Part shown: positions 46,638 through 60,946 of the stretch, one piece after another | Layout of the letters: each line of letters begins with the position of its first letter | Position numbering within the stretch: the first letter of the stretch is position 1 | From: Octopus sinensis | Lineage: Eukaryota | Direction of reading: 5' to 3' | DNA: 64,000 nt | Assembly (NCBI RefSeq): GCF_006345805.1 | Contig: NC_043002.1 | Location: forward strand, 110,484,001-110,548,000 | Notes under the pieces: model-generated | Seen by the model: only the letters and a program-made list of their open reading frames with translations | What the model was told of the DNA's origin: nothing | The model's database searches: none | Made by a program: the position numbers and the translations under genes

Positions 46638-48520
46638 TCACAAACAACATACTTATATGCACGCATATTTGCGTGTATAAGTGTTTGTAACTACGTACTA
46701 ACGTTGTACTGCTTTTGTAAGTAGCGATTTTAGAATGAAATACCTTTGCTTGTATTACTCTGCTACATTTGTTTCCATAAGCGAAACTAATTCGTCGGTC
46801 ACGGAGACGAAATAGAAAAAAAGTAATACAAAATAATAGTAATGAAATAGTTTTGCCCAAAATTAATTTTGTTTCGTAAAAAAATCGTAGCTAACAACAA
46901 ACTATTCAATTATCACCACTTGTTTTTCATTAACTTTATCATTACTTCTATAATACTAAAGTGTGTGTGTGTATAAATATATATAAATTATATATTTATA
47001 TATATACATGGAATGATCTATAAACACAATTCGTTATACATTCTGAAATATTCTTTATTCTACAGTATTATCGGTTGTTTTGTATACGAAAGGCTTAAAA
47101 TAAACTATTTTGACAATTCGGATTAACGCATCGCATTGTATGTCTTGCTATTTGTTAAATGTGTTGTAAATGTGAATTCTTATACAGTGTGCTGGAGTGT
47201 TTGTAACTGCTTGTAACAAGGTTTCTGTAACACTTTATAAGAATAACCAGTGTCTTCGCGGATTCTCTTACGAAATTGACACTTGAGATAAAGCTGACTT
47301 CGTTCACGCATTACACTAGTCATTCTTTTTATTTAATAGTTCGAGCTCATTTATAAAATTTTGGCAAACAGCAAACAAATACCAGGAAGATAAAGCAAAA
47401 AAACAGCTCTTCCACCCCTCAGTTAATTTGCTTTGCTCACTTTTAATAATTATGTCAAATGAGTATTATTTGTGTGAGATGTACACATATGTATCACTGT
47501 TTCTGAGTGACACCAGCACGTACAATCTTTCCTAATGCCGACCTATATTTACCGTCTTTTTCCTATTTATATTCACCCCAACCCAGCCATCTACAGTTTC
47601 ATCAACACTCTGCCTCTCTATCGTTGTTAGGCTTGCTGAATACTTTTCACCAGCTGCTTTTTAATTACCATTTTATCATTACAGGCTATATTTCCTTATA
47701 CATTTTCTATATGGGAGATTTTTTCTTGGTTTTATGACGATGTTAGGGATTTTTGTACATATATTTTGAAAATTTCGAATAGTTTCAACCACTTCTTATA
47801 CAATTCGCTTGAGAAAAAAAACCCAAAATACCTTGAAAATAAACAATTTTTCTAATTAACTTAAATGGTCTCTATCATTTGTCACATCTATTTTCTGTTT
47901 CATAATTCCACGTCATTGGCATTCATTACCAAAGTTTAAATCTATCTTTTAAATGCAGGTGCCAATTTCTTTTCATATATAAAATTCCCAATAAATCTCC
48001 AGCATGATACTTGTTGCAAAAAGTCGTTTCCTTCTAATTAATTATTGAAGCTATTCTACTATTAAATTTAGAAGTCCGTAAGTAATAAAGGAAGAAAAAA
48101 GCAAGGTAAAATAATGCAATATAAGTTTGTTTTCGAATGGTTTTCTAGTCCAGTTAATAGCGAAATGTAAGAGAAACTAACAGATATCTTCATTATCGGT
48201 GGTGTGCCTGCAGAATTGACACGCAATCCACGCCCCGACCACCCCTATTTTAAACACTCCGTCGCCACCGCTTGGATATTCCCGCCTTCAAGTAAACCCG
48301 CAGAGTCGTGGCCAGGCAGCATATGGTCGTTTCCATAAACAAAATTCGTACCAATAACCGCCTTTACTATGTAACAAGAGTTGTACGTGCGAAAAATCGA
48401 TATTCAGCTTCTGGCTCCAAATTTCTTCCTCTTCTCCCTCACCTCTGTCTCTTATATTTTATTCCAACGTTGAAATTTTCTGCTATTCTCTTCTCAATTG
48501 AATATTTTTCTCTTCCCTTA
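45660..48520. promoter_or_regulatory. Repeat-poor, CpG-retaining region; candidate promoter / first exon
   Basis: CG dinucleotides are visibly more frequent than in the flanks. GC-box-like CCACGCCCC (~48228), E2F-like TTCCCGCC (~48280), CCAAT (~48351), and a strong + donor AC|GTGAGT at 45930/45931. Confidence 0.35.
46305..46635. repeat. (TCTA)n/(TCTG)n and (TA)n compound microsatellite
   Basis: Visible directly in the sequence. Confidence 0.95.
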
Positions 48521-50259
48521 AGATTGTCTTTATTATTGTTTAGAGTTCTTCATTGCACTAGAATTCTTTACTGATTCACTTACACTTGCATTGTCTTGGA
48601 GTTTGTAATGATTTTACCCTATTGAAGCACTTATAGAAGTTGTGAAATTGCTATCTATTCCACTCAGGGAATTTTCCTCCTAAGAAAATCAGTTGAAAAT
48701 ATTAGCTATTATTGTTCTGTAAAATACCGAGAATGAATTGAATTTTATTTCTAAAATTATAACTGCTTCCTTTGGCCACCTCTTTTATTTATATTGCATG
48801 AATTATTTTAAATATATGTGATTATTCTGTTTATTTCTTTTACAAAATGTAATTGTAAAGACATTCAAAGCGAAATAAAAAAAATTGCATTTAGAGATTT
48901 TGTTTTTTGCTCTCACTTTTTATATGTATGTATAAGACCCAATAGAATTTTTTTTTTAATTGCTGTTTCTTGTTTTCTTAAATGATAAATAAAGTCTATA
49001 GCAATAGCAGCTCAGTGTTAAAAGTTTAGAGAGTAAGAAATAGGTGTTTTTAATATCAGATTTACCCTTTCCCCATTGTATCCAGCACCCTGAAAATAGA
49101 TTTTTGATATTTATGATGTCCTTGAAAGAAATAACTAATTGCATTACAAATCATAACGTGTAGATATGTACAGAACTTGGATATGTCAGTTACTGTTCAA
49201 GACATCATTAGTTTAGTGTACACTCGACAGAATGGTAGGGCTAGTGAAATAACTTCAATCAAGAACTCTGTGCCCTGAGGCAATAATAATGATAATAATA
49301 ATAATAATAATTTTGGTACAAGGCCATCAATTTTAGGGGATTACCCCAGTATTCGACTGGTACTTATTTTATCAACCCTTGAAGGATGAAAGACAAAGTG
49401 GACCTCAATGGAATTTGAAGTCAGAACAAAGATGGATGAAATGCTGTTAAGGGCCAGTTGATTTTAGGGAGCCTTTATTTAACTGGCACTTTATTTTATA
49501 GACCGAGAAAGGATAAAAGGCAAAACTGATCATGCCAGGATTAGAACTCTGCCAAAAAAAAAAATGCTCAACATAAATACTGCAAGGCATTTTGTGCAGT
49601 GTGCTAATGATTCTGCTGATACTTTAACCCTAATTTGCCTCAACAGTAATGATTATTTCTAACTTTGACTCAAGTGTGATAGGAAGCCTATAGCTGATTG
49701 CTTCCAGTATTTTATCAACTGCTCTCTTAACTCTACATCTAGTAGGATGAAAGAGGTAAAGTTAGCAGGTTTTGAACTTTGAACATTGTATTTGTAACTA
49801 ACTACCACAAAGCAATTCATCTGTTGTTTTATAGATTCTGTCAGTATAATAATTTTTTTCTAAATTTGTCACAAGGCCAGCAATTTTGATGGTAGAGGTA
49901 GGTCAATTACGTTGACCCCAGTGCAACCCTGAAAAGATGAAAAGCAAAGTCAATCTTGGCAACATGTGAACTCAGAGCATAAAGAGCTGAGGACAAGCAG
50001 TAGTATTAGCAGCTCAACTTGCTACAAATAGATGCCAAAACTCCTTTAAAATTACATCCTACCATCTTAGAAAAGGCTGTGTTGGATTATGTAGTCCTAA
50101 GTTCCTTGCACATTGCAAAACAATGGGTTGACCATGGCAGCCGTGCCTTTAATCATAGGTCTGCTCACTCACAGCTGACTTGGAGATAAACAACATGCAA
50201 ACTTCATTTTATTTTCAACGGAAATATTTTTTTATAAGCTATTGCTCAATCTATAGAAA

Positions 50260-51510
50260 AGACGTGGGTAGAAACGCCATATGATGTACCTGGTGTAAGC
50301 CGTGGACACATAAAATGTGCAGCAATATCAAAGGAAGGTTAACCGGGAAGATAGTTTTTGTGTGTGGCAGATGTACAATAAACACTGAAGATGTACAGAA
50401 ATAGATTTCATCACACGCCGGGGGAAAAACTAGAAGTACTTAATAGCTTCCACAACCTAGGCGACCAATTCAGTAGTGTGGGTGGTTGCTCTGAAAGTGT
50501 AGCGGCTAGAATAAGAATATCCTGACAAAGTTCGGGGAGCTCCTACCTCTGCTGGCAACTAAGAGCCTCTCACTCAGGATGAAAGGTAGACTGTATGCTG
50601 CATGTGTGCGAACTGCCATGCTACACGGCAGTGAAACATGGGCCACGACTGTTGAGAACATGCATAGCCTTGAAAGAAATGAAGCTAGTATGATCCGCTG
50701 GATGTGAAATGTCAGTGTGCACACATGACAGAGTGTGAGTGCCCTGAGAAAAAAGTTGGACATAAGAAACATTAAATGTGGTGTACAAGAGAGACGACTG
50801 CGCTGGTATGATCATGTGTTATGTATGGATGTGGACAACTGTGTGAGAAAGTACCACTCCCTAACAGTGGAAGGAACCTGTAGAAGAGGTAGACCTAGGG
50901 AAATGTGGAATGAGATGGTGAAGCATGACCTTTGAACATTGGGTCTCACAGAGGCAGTGATAGGAGACCGAGACCTTTGGAGATATGCTGTGATTGAGAA
51001 GTCCCAGCAACTAAAGTGAGATCGCAGCCATGGCTGGTGCCAGTGTTGCATGTCCGGCTACCCTTGATGCATCAGGTGATATGATATGCTTAAGAAGACC
51101 TGTTGAGTCAAGTGAAACCAAAATTGCAGCTGTAGCCAGTACTCCCTGACTGGCTCCGATTCTGGTGGCACATAAAATGCATCATCCGAACATGGTCAAT
51201 GCCAGTGTCCCATGACTGGGTCTCGTGGTAAAAAGCATGATCTAAATGTGGCGGATGTCAGGTCCACCTGACTGGTTCCCGTGCCGGTGACACATAAAAA
51301 GCAACGTGCAAACACGATCGATGCCAGTACCCTCTGACTGGTTCCCATACTGGTAGCACGTAAAAAGCACTATCTGATTGTGATCGATGCTAGGCTCCCT
51401 GACTGGATCCTGTGCCGGTGGCATGTAAAAAGCACCCATTACACTCTCGGAGTGGTTAGCATTAGGGGGGGGGGCATCGAGCTGTAGAAACATTGCCAGA
51501 TCAGATTGGC
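50260..51510 (+). mobile_element. RTE-type LINE 3' portion (RT C-terminus + family A-like 3' UTR)
   Basis: LYAACVRTAMLHGSETWATT...RRLRWYDHVLCM...GRPREMW, followed by hairpin-unit repeats. Confidence 0.85.
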
Positions 51511-53110
51511 ACAGTCAGGTGCTACTGGCAACGGCCACGCTCAAATGGTGTTTTTTACATGCCACCTGCACAGGAGCCAGTCTAGCGGCACTGGCAATGA
51601 CCTGGCTTGAATATTTGGCACAAATGCCAGTAAGGCAACTCTGGTAACGATCATGCTTGAATGGTGCTTTTTACATGTCACTGGCACAGAAGCCAGTCAG
51701 CTTCTCTGGCAACGATTACACTCAGATGGTGCTCTTAGCTCTCCACAAGCACGTATGACAGTCATGCAGTGCTGTCATCAAATTTGATTTCGATTTTGAT
51801 TTCACTTGCCTCAACTGGTCTTTGCAAGCAGAGTTTAGTGTCCAATGAAGGAAAGGTAAGCATAAGTGGCCTGGTTACACCCCTGGCATAGGCCACGAGG
51901 TTATGAACTCATTTGGCTTGCCAGGTCTTCTCAAGCACATTATATTTCCAAAAGTCTCGGTCACTAGTCATTGCCTCGGTTAGGCCTAATGTTTGAAGGT
52001 CATGCTTCACCACTTCTTATTCTAGCAGCTACACTTTCAGCGCACCCTCCCCCGCTACTGACTTGGTCACCTAGGTAACGGAAGCTATCAACTACTTCTA
52101 GTTTTTCTCCCTGGAATGTGGCGGAAGTTGTTCTCTGCACATTTTCAGTGTTTATTGCTCCTGAGCATCTGCCACATATAAAAACTATCTTCCCAGTTAT
52201 CCTTCCTTTGATATTGCTGCACCTCTTATTTGTCCATAGCTTACACTGGGTATATCTCATAGAGTTTCTACCTACGCCTTTTCTATAGATCAAGCAGAAC
52301 CAACTACCTGAAGGGATTTGTGGTTTGTCTGCCTTCCTACTTATTAGGACTTTGGTTTTAGCTAGGTTGACTCTAAGACCATTCGATTCTAATCCTTGTT
52401 TCTAAACCTGACACTTCTCGAGTTCTGATAGTGACTCAGCAATTAGAGCAAGGTCGTCAGCATAGAGGAGCTCCCAAGGGTATCCTGTCTTGAATTCCTC
52501 TGTTATTGCCTGGAGGTCTATGATAAATAGGAGGGGGCTAAGGACTGAGCATTGGTGGACCCCTACCTCTACTCAGAAATCTGCACTGTACTCATTGCCA
52601 ACCCTCACCTAACTGACAGCGTCCCTGTACATGGTTTGCACAGCTCTCACTAACCATTCATCTATCCCAAGTTTCCTCATTGACCACCAGATAAGGGATC
52701 GGGGGGGGGGGGACCCTGTCAAAGGCTTTCTCTATGTCAACAAAAGCCAGGTACAGAGATTTATCTTTGGCTAGGTATTTCTCCTGCGTCTGTCTTACCA
52801 GAAATATAGCATCTCATCTAAACTGACTCTCTCTCTAATTAGTTGGGCTATGACTCTCTCCGTGACTTTCATTACCTGATCCAACAACTTGATACCTCTG
52901 AAATTATTTGTATCTAAAGCATCACCTTTACCTTTGAAGCAGTTGACTATAGTGCTGCTTCACCAGTCATTGGGTATGACTCCTTCGTGTATCACCTGGT
53001 TAACTATACGGGTGACTAGGCTATAGCCGACACTACCAGATATTTTGAGCATTTCTGTAGTGATTCCTGATGGGCCAGGGGCTTCATACTCTTAATTGCT
53101 TTATCTACCA
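51510..53110 (-). mobile_element. RTE-type LINE RT fragment of the same family, tail-to-tail with the previous copy
   Basis: YPWELLYADDLALIAES, a Cys/His-rich insert and FRYLGDQVSSGGG; 3' UTR units at 51510-51780. Confidence 0.85.
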
Positions 53111-53266
53111 AGGTACTGTCAACTCGGATGTATATATATATGTGTGTGTATATTTGTATATATATGTATATATACGTACCTATATATATATGTATGTATA
53201 TGTATAGATATATGCATGTATATATGTATAGATATATAGATATGTATGTATGCATATGTATAAATG

Positions 53267-53297
<31 letters not shown>

Positions 53298-53615
53298 GTA
53301 TGCATATGTATAAATGTATGTGTATATATATATGTTTGTATGTATATATATATGTTTGTATATATATATATATGTGTGTATATGTATATGTATATATTAT
53401 ATATATGTATATATATATCACCATCATCATCATATGTATGTATGTTTATGTATATATACATATGTGTATATGCATATGTATATATGTGTATATGCATATG
53501 TATATATGTATATATATATGCATATGTATATATGTATATATATATCACCATCATCATCATATGTATGTATGTATATGTATGTATACATATGTATATATAT
53601 ATATATATATATATA
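53110..53615. repeat. Compound (TA)n/(TATG)n microsatellite
   Basis: Visible directly; source of the long low-complexity ORFs. Confidence 0.95.
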
Positions 53616-53795
53616 TGATCCACTGGATGTGTAATGTCAGTGTGCACACACGACAGAGTGTAAGTGCCCTGAGAGAAATGGTAAACATAAGAAGCATCGG
53701 ATGTAGAGTGCAAGAGAGATATTTGCGTTGGTATGGTCATGTGCTGTACAGATGGACAAGGAGAGCTGTGTGAAGAAGTGCCACTCCCAGGAAGA
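53615..53795 (+). pseudogene. Short RTE RT C-terminal fragment
   Basis: [20 protein letters not shown]...LRWYGHVL, homologous to 50695-50870. Confidence 0.75.
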
Positions 53796-55808
53796 CCTAC
53801 AGCCATGCCTGTGCCTATCCCTCTTTGGCATTATTTGATTATATTTAGTCCATTGGGAAATACATTGGTAATAGTTATTTTGAACCCTTCAAGGCTGTAT
53901 GATATGAGTAATATTCTTTTTATTAGTGTAGTTAATGCTTGCTTTAGACTGTTTAAAATTTTAAGTTGAAGGGATGGGTCAGAAAATGAGTTCCAGATGC
54001 AGATTTTGAGAGGAAAAATTGGGTGATAACATGAATATTCTGGGATAGGAGAGGAGGCATTTAAAATGGTAATATAGTTTGTATTTTTCTTTTCAAAAGA
54101 ATTATGAATTTTTAACTATAATGTTTCATATCTTAAAGCATTTTCTTGTTTATATTTTTTTTTACTTTTTTTAATTTCACTTGACAAATTTTGAAACTTG
54201 CAAATTCATTCATTTCTCTGAGCAAGAAACAAAACTGAACAAAATTAATTATTATTTATTTATTTTGATTGAAAGTAAGTGCATAGACTGAAAATTGAGT
54301 GTTAAATTTAGCTAGTGTTTAATTAAAAAAAAATAATAGTTACAATAAACAATGCCTTTGTGATAAGAACAAAACATGGTGTAGTCTTACTTCATTTTGG
54401 ATTTTTATGGATGTGTTCTCATTTCATGGACAATTAATGTACTATTTAGCACATAATACTTCCATCAACTTTGTTATTTAAATGAGATTATTTTCTTTCA
54501 GTTATCTGTTTAGTCATATGAAAAATATAATGTTGCTTATCAAATTTTTTTTTTGCTTTTGCATTTTTGTTATTGTTTTCTGCACTTACTCTAAAAGAAT
54601 AACAGCTTTAAGTAGTTGTTTTTATATTAAAATATAAACAAAAAATATAAAAACATACTTCGTTTAGATAAAATTCTGTCTAGATTTTCATAAGTGCTCT
54701 TAAGTTTTTGATTTGAGTTTTCATGCTTTGACTTCCCTATGTATCTAATATAAAGAATTATGACAAAGACAGCATATTGGTCAGCTTTGAGCATAAAAAT
54801 TTGAACTTTTTTTTCTTTCTAGTTTTGCCTCAGGCACATGTTGAAAATGTTTTGTAGGCACTTTAATGCATCACTCAATTTAACAGTGCAATCTAGTCGT
54901 TAGTGTCTTTAGAGAAGTCAATTTGTTGTAAGCATTTTGGAGAGATCTGCTGTGAGTCATTTTCTCATCCAACCTTTCCTCTTACTAGTCTTTGGGAACC
55001 TGAAGAAGTCATGGGTGCTGCTCTTCTACCTTTGATGGAATCAAAAAAAAAGAGGTTATAATTTTTAAGTGGGTGCTAGCATACTTCATGTAATAAATCA
55101 AGAAAATTTAATTAATTACATTTAAACTCTCCGTGATGAGAGATGTCATTATTTACATGACTAGCTTTGTTCAAAAAAGGCAGAGGGGATAATCATAAGA
55201 CTTTAACAAATTAAAATTATATATTGAATGCAGTGGGTTGCGACTCTTGTCTTTAGCACTACTGCAGCAATCTTGGACATGTTCCAATCTTTTTAGATCT
55301 CATCAGTAAAGCATAGTCTGTTACAGTAAGGTCTCTGAATTGCTAGAGAGTTATTAGGTTTTACATGAAAGAACATTGAGTGGTATTTTAAAGCTTAAAA
55401 GCAGGAAAATACTCAAGGATCAGTGCTGCAAGAAAACTTATAAGTGAATTGCTAGTATAGTTGGTGTACTAAGCCTATAGATTTAAATTTCACCAGTACT
55501 TGGAGTACAAGAGTCGCTGAGAATAATAAAGGGGCCTGACTTAATACTGTAAGGCATGCTTTTGTTACTTTATTCTGCCATCCATTACTATAAAATCTGA
55601 AAAGGACAATGATACTGATTCTTCCTGCTACAGGAACAAAGCCTGAAATTTTGGGTGAAAGGGATGGTTGATTATATTGACTGCCAATCAACCTCAAATG
55701 GATGAAAGGCATAGCTAACCTCAGTGGAATTTGAACTCAGAACGTAAAGTCAGAAGAAATGCTGCTAAGCATTTTTATCCAGCGTGTTAACAATTCTGCC
55801 TGCTTGGC

Positions 55809-56212
55809 ACTCTTTTACTCTTTTACTTGTTTCAGTCATTTGACTGCGGCTATGCTGGAGCACCGCCTTTAATCGAGCAACTCGACCCCGGGACTTATTC
55901 TTTTGTAAGCCCAGTACTTATTCTATTGGTCCTTTTTGCCGAACCGCTAAGTAACAGGTACATAAACACACCAGCATCGGTTGTCAAGCAATGCTAGGGG
56001 GACAAACACAGACACACAAACGCACACACACATATATATATACATATATACGACGGGCTTCTTTCAGTTTCCGTCTACCAAATCCACTCACAAGGCTTTG
56101 GTCGGCCCGGGGCTATAGCAGAAGACACTTGCCCAAAGTGCCACACAGTGGGACTGAACCCGGAACCATGTGGTTGGTAAGCAAGCTACTTACCACACAG
56201 CCACTCCTGCAC
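55809..56212 (-). mobile_element. SINE family B copy flanked by diverged CORE-SINEs (55620-55805, 56225-56430, 56505-56715)
   Basis: Family B and CORE motifs. Confidence 0.85.
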
Positions 56213-56457
56213 CTTAATAATAATTATAATAGTCCTTTCCTCTACAGGCATAAGGCCTGAAATTTTGTGGGGAGGGGGTTAGTCATTTACATCAACCCCA
56301 GTACTCAACTGGTACTTATTCTATTTATCCCAAGATGATGAAAACAAAGTTAACCTTGGCTACATTTGAACTAAAAACATAAAACTGGAAGAAATATCAC
56401 TAAGTATTTTATCCAGCATGCTATCAGTTCTACTAGCTCATCACCTTAATAATAGTA

Positions 56458-56500
<43 letters not shown>

Positions 56501-56714
56501 TTAAGGAGGTGAGCTGGCAGAATTGGTAGCATGCCAGGCAAAATACTTAGCGGTGTTTCGTCCATCTTTACATTCTTAGTTCAAATTCCACCGAGGTCGA
56601 CTTTGCTTTTCATTCTTTCAGGGTTGATAAAATAAGTACCAGTTGAACACTGGGGTTGATGTAATCAACTCATCCCCCTCCCCCAAAATTGCTGCCCTTG
56701 TGGAAAAATTTCTC

Positions 56715-56955
56715 CATACACAGCACAAATGTCGTGAGCAGCTTTTGCAACCTTAGAACCTTGATTAAAAGCAAAAAGAAGGTGGTGTCGAAAATGCTCG
56801 TTTTTCTTAACTTGACATTCCATTTTAATGATCTGAAAATAAACAAAAATTAACTAAAATTAACTAGAAAAAAAAACAAAATAGATTCTAAAATTTAAAA
56901 ACGCAATAAATTCCAAAATTTTAAAAAAACGCGGAAACTTTGTTGCCAGCCCAAT
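56715..56955 (-). pseudogene. Mariner 5' fragment (TIR + transposase N-terminus)
   Basis: MECQVKKNEHFRHHLLFAFNQGSKVAKAAHDICAVYGE; TIR-like TTGGGCTGGCAACAAAGTTTCCGC next to TA. Confidence 0.75.
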
Positions 56956-59900
56956 ATGTATATGTGTGTGTGTGTGTGTGTATTATACATATATGAATTC
57001 TGTAGATGAGGTCAGAGCAGTACTGGAGGAGTATTTTTTATCACAGACAAGTGAATTTTGGAAGAGGGGCTTTGCAAGTCTGCCAGGTAGATGTAAGAGC
57101 ACTGTAAAAAATGAAGGATTTTAGATTAAAAAAGAACTTTGTATATCTTCATTTCGAAACAATAAAAGATGTATAAAAAGCTGCATTATCTATGGGATGA
57201 CCCAATCTACTACATATGTGGGAAATCCTGCCTGTGGGTGTGTTTGTGGAGTTGTTAGCTAACTCCTCCTACATCGTTTTATCGATTTTGATGAAACTTG
57301 ACACATGAGTAGGACTAATGTCTGGAAACCTCATGGCATACTTAGATTGTTGAAAAGAATCACTAATAGGGTACCTGGAAAGGATCCGTATATGTATCTA
57401 ATATAGTTTATTTTAAAAAAACAAGGGAAACAACCCATTCACCCCTGGAAAAGATCTTTATGTATAGCCAAGGGAAATAGCCCATTCGTTTTCCTAAATT
57501 ATTTGGTAAAAATGAAATGGAGTATGCTTATTTTTTAGTATTTGAACTGTTAGTTATTTTCACAATTTATCCAGTACAACCTTTAAACAAGTAAATAGTA
57601 TTTTCCTAAACAATAGTTCCACTTATTTTGGTTTGTGACTTATTCACGAATATACCATCTCTAATGCCCCTGAGGGTAATATTCTCTGGTAACGCACAAA
57701 AGCCTTTTCAGAGTTATTTACTTTCAATTATTATTATCTCATATCTGATAAGCCTGTTTTTATGTAACATGCTTCACGATTCTAGTGTACATACCTTATT
57801 AGTATTTCCTCCCCTGTTCTGTATACTCTGTGAACGCATTAAAGCCCTTTTTGGGGCTACTTTGTTTGAATTCTTACTATCGGGTAACTAATTTCATGTT
57901 ATTACATAACTGACTTCACAGTTTGGGTATTCATAACTTATTGGGAATTCTTGAAAGAATATCCTGTGTAAGACAGTTCAGTATTCTCTGTAAATGCACA
58001 AAAACTGTTTTGAGTGCTACATATTTTGTATTGTTGTTATTGGATTAGTGAAACAATTATGAGAACAGAACCAGGGGATAAGCCCCGCTTTCCCAGGAGT
58101 TACCGAGTACATCAGCTAATATGTATATATGACAGGCTTCTTTCAGTTTCTGTTTACCAAATCCACTCACAAGGATTTGGTCAGCCCAAGGCTATAGTAG
58201 AAGACACTTACCCAAGGTGCCATGCAGAGGGACTGAACCTGGAACAAACTTCTTACCATACAGCTATGTGGTTAACATTTTCTTTCACTATTTTCCTATG
58301 ATTAAAGAAATTCCACTTGTGACCTTTCCATTTTTAATTTTAAGATTTCACTATTCACTGTGTCTTGCTTTTAACAAACAAAAACAAAAATCAATGGGGT
58401 ATGTGATGTGAGGGACATTTGGCTGCTATTTTTATCTGGTTAAGCAACTACATAGAAGTTCCCTTCTTGGCTTATTTTGGTAGTGGTGGCAGTGGAATAG
58501 CATGGAAGATATTGTGAAAAAAGGTCCAGTAGATGCAGTGTTCTGATACTTAACATGGAGTATTGTGGGTTGATTTACTAAGGAAAGTGTTAGTATATTG
58601 ATTTAGGTGGAGTCATAATAATACTACAGTATAATTTTGCATAAATCAGAAGAAATGAACTTTCAGTTGTCTTGTTTATGCTAAATGAACTTTAAAGTAT
58701 GTTCTCGAAATGAAAACAGTAATTAACGTTCTATTTTGGGGGTATAATTTTCTGTTTTTGTAGGTTGGTTCCCAGAACAAAGTTGCTTTGTCACATGACA
58801 TTTCATCACACCAATTTTTTTTATTTTTTAATTATCATTTCTGCATAATTGGTGGCATGAAGCTACATGATCTGCTGTAGAGTAATGAGCAATATGTGTT
58901 TTGATGCAGCCATTCACAAAAACTACTTTTCCTTGACATTGAAGTTATTGTTATTTCGCCCCAGGTCATCCCTGATCAAAATCATTCCAGACATGACCCA
59001 TAATTTCTATTTTGGACACAGTATATCTTGGACTACATTATCCATCATCATCATCATCATCATCGTTTAGCGTCCGTTTTCCATGCTAGCATGGGTTGGA
59101 CGATCCAGTGTATCCATTTTTTTTTAAAGTGATAGGATGTGATTTGGTGGTACTTTGGCTCCTATTTCTGGCAGGTCAAATGATTACATAGAGGCTCCCT
59201 CGTTGCTTTGTTAACATTGAAGTTTGTTGACATTTGTTTATTTGTAGACTTTCTGAGCATCAGCTGCAAATTGACTATTTTGTGAGCTAAGTGTCTGTCT
59301 AGTAGATTCTCTTTCAGTTATGAATTACACAAACACTTATAAACTTCTTTTTCTTCTGACAATGGAAATCCAGACTACATTGATAATCATATTGTAAAAC
59401 ATTTTGCTACAGGTGAGAAATAACTTAGCAAAGAAACTTTGCAAACTATTCTACATATTATATATTTTAGAAATTTTTGTAACATAGTTCTTTGCTTAAA
59501 GATATATTTTTTGCCTATAGTATCTGTTTTTGGTAATCTGATGGTCACACTCCTGTATTTTTAAAAGACTAGGAGAGAAAATGATGTCTCTAAAACTACT
59601 GCTCAACAAGAGAAATTTTGAAACCTGTTTGATTAATTCTGATACTTTGCTGTAATTTTAGAGGTGAAACCAATTGAAACTTCTACACTAAAAAAGTCTA
59701 AACAACTTTTACTGTACAGAAAAATAATAATGCTGTTGTTAAAATTGTGTAAAAAAAAATATCTGAATCTCAGTAGACAAGTTAATGTAGAAAGGATAAA
59801 GTTGAGAGACCCTGCGTTCTTTTACATGTACAAAAATTATAGGCTGATAGATCAGTTCAAAGTATACAAGTATATAGAAAGAAAACATGTTTGGTATAGA

Positions 59901-60946
59901 TATGTTGAAATCCATTGGCAGTTAACTTTAAAAGAAGGGGGAGAATTTTCAAGGTTCATATTTTTTATTGTTTCTTTTCAATCTAACGTATTGAACTGAA
60001 CTGCAGTATATTACTGCTACTTATTAGCAGTAATATACTCCTAAATCATGAAAGACAGGATTTTGATTCAGATCTTTATGTTGGCACTAGAGATACTTTG
60101 AAATGTTTAATCTGACACCCTGTTGTTTCTGCCAACTCATTAGCTGTTACCAATTGTGAGTCTTACATCTGTTACATCATATTTGTTGCATTTTCTAGTT
60201 TTCTAGCTGTGAATTTTCAGTCTCGTACATGAAGACTAGTCCAATTATATTAGAGAAATGTTAATAATGCCAATAGGACACGTGTAATATGGCATTGCTT
60301 CAATCCTAATAATTGCACACCCAATGTTTGTTAATTACGAGATGCAGTTAAAACCTTATATCAAGTCAATAATTTGCTTGTTAGGTGCAGACCTTACTAA
60401 TTAGTAACTTTGTAAAACCTTTATTCTATTTTTTTTTTCTTTTTTTGTGCAGATGATATGATTGATACCTCTCACTTGCAATATTTCTTTCATATTACAA
60501 AAGGAAGTCTAATTTTACTCTATGGGGCCAAAATATAAACAGAAGGTTTGAAGGGGAATTATTAGGACTTATTGGTACAATTGAATCGAAAGACAAATAT
60601 TGTTGACATTCTAGCTATAAGGTAACTAAGCCTATATTATCCAATGTGTTTTTCCTTTTTAAGATGATAGGGTGTGATTTGACAGACATTTGCTATGTCT
60701 AACAAATTGTGTGATCACTCAAGTCCAGAGATAGCTCAACTTGATAGACACAGGATCTTTTGCTGATTCATGAAGCTCTCTCTCTCTCTCTCTTCTTTCT
60801 TTTCTGGAGCATTGCATTTCATAGGTTCACTAATCTGAATAAGTACATATACTCTAAGGAACACGAGTACTAACATCTTGAACAAAATCATTTCTTCTTT
60901 GAAAACAAAAATTTTTAATGTTTGATAACACTGAGTGAAAATAATC

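Noticed and set aside
53016-53806. Long ORFs (up to 208 aa) rich in Y/I/H/T/M
   Set aside because: They are translations of (TA)n/(TATG)n microsatellites; the same applies to the ORFs at 46183-46724, 63556-63951 and the poly-I/N ORFs.
59310-60530. Other + strand splice-like sites (donor at 59412, acceptor at 60452)
   Set aside because: No consistent open reading frame or recognisable protein links them.
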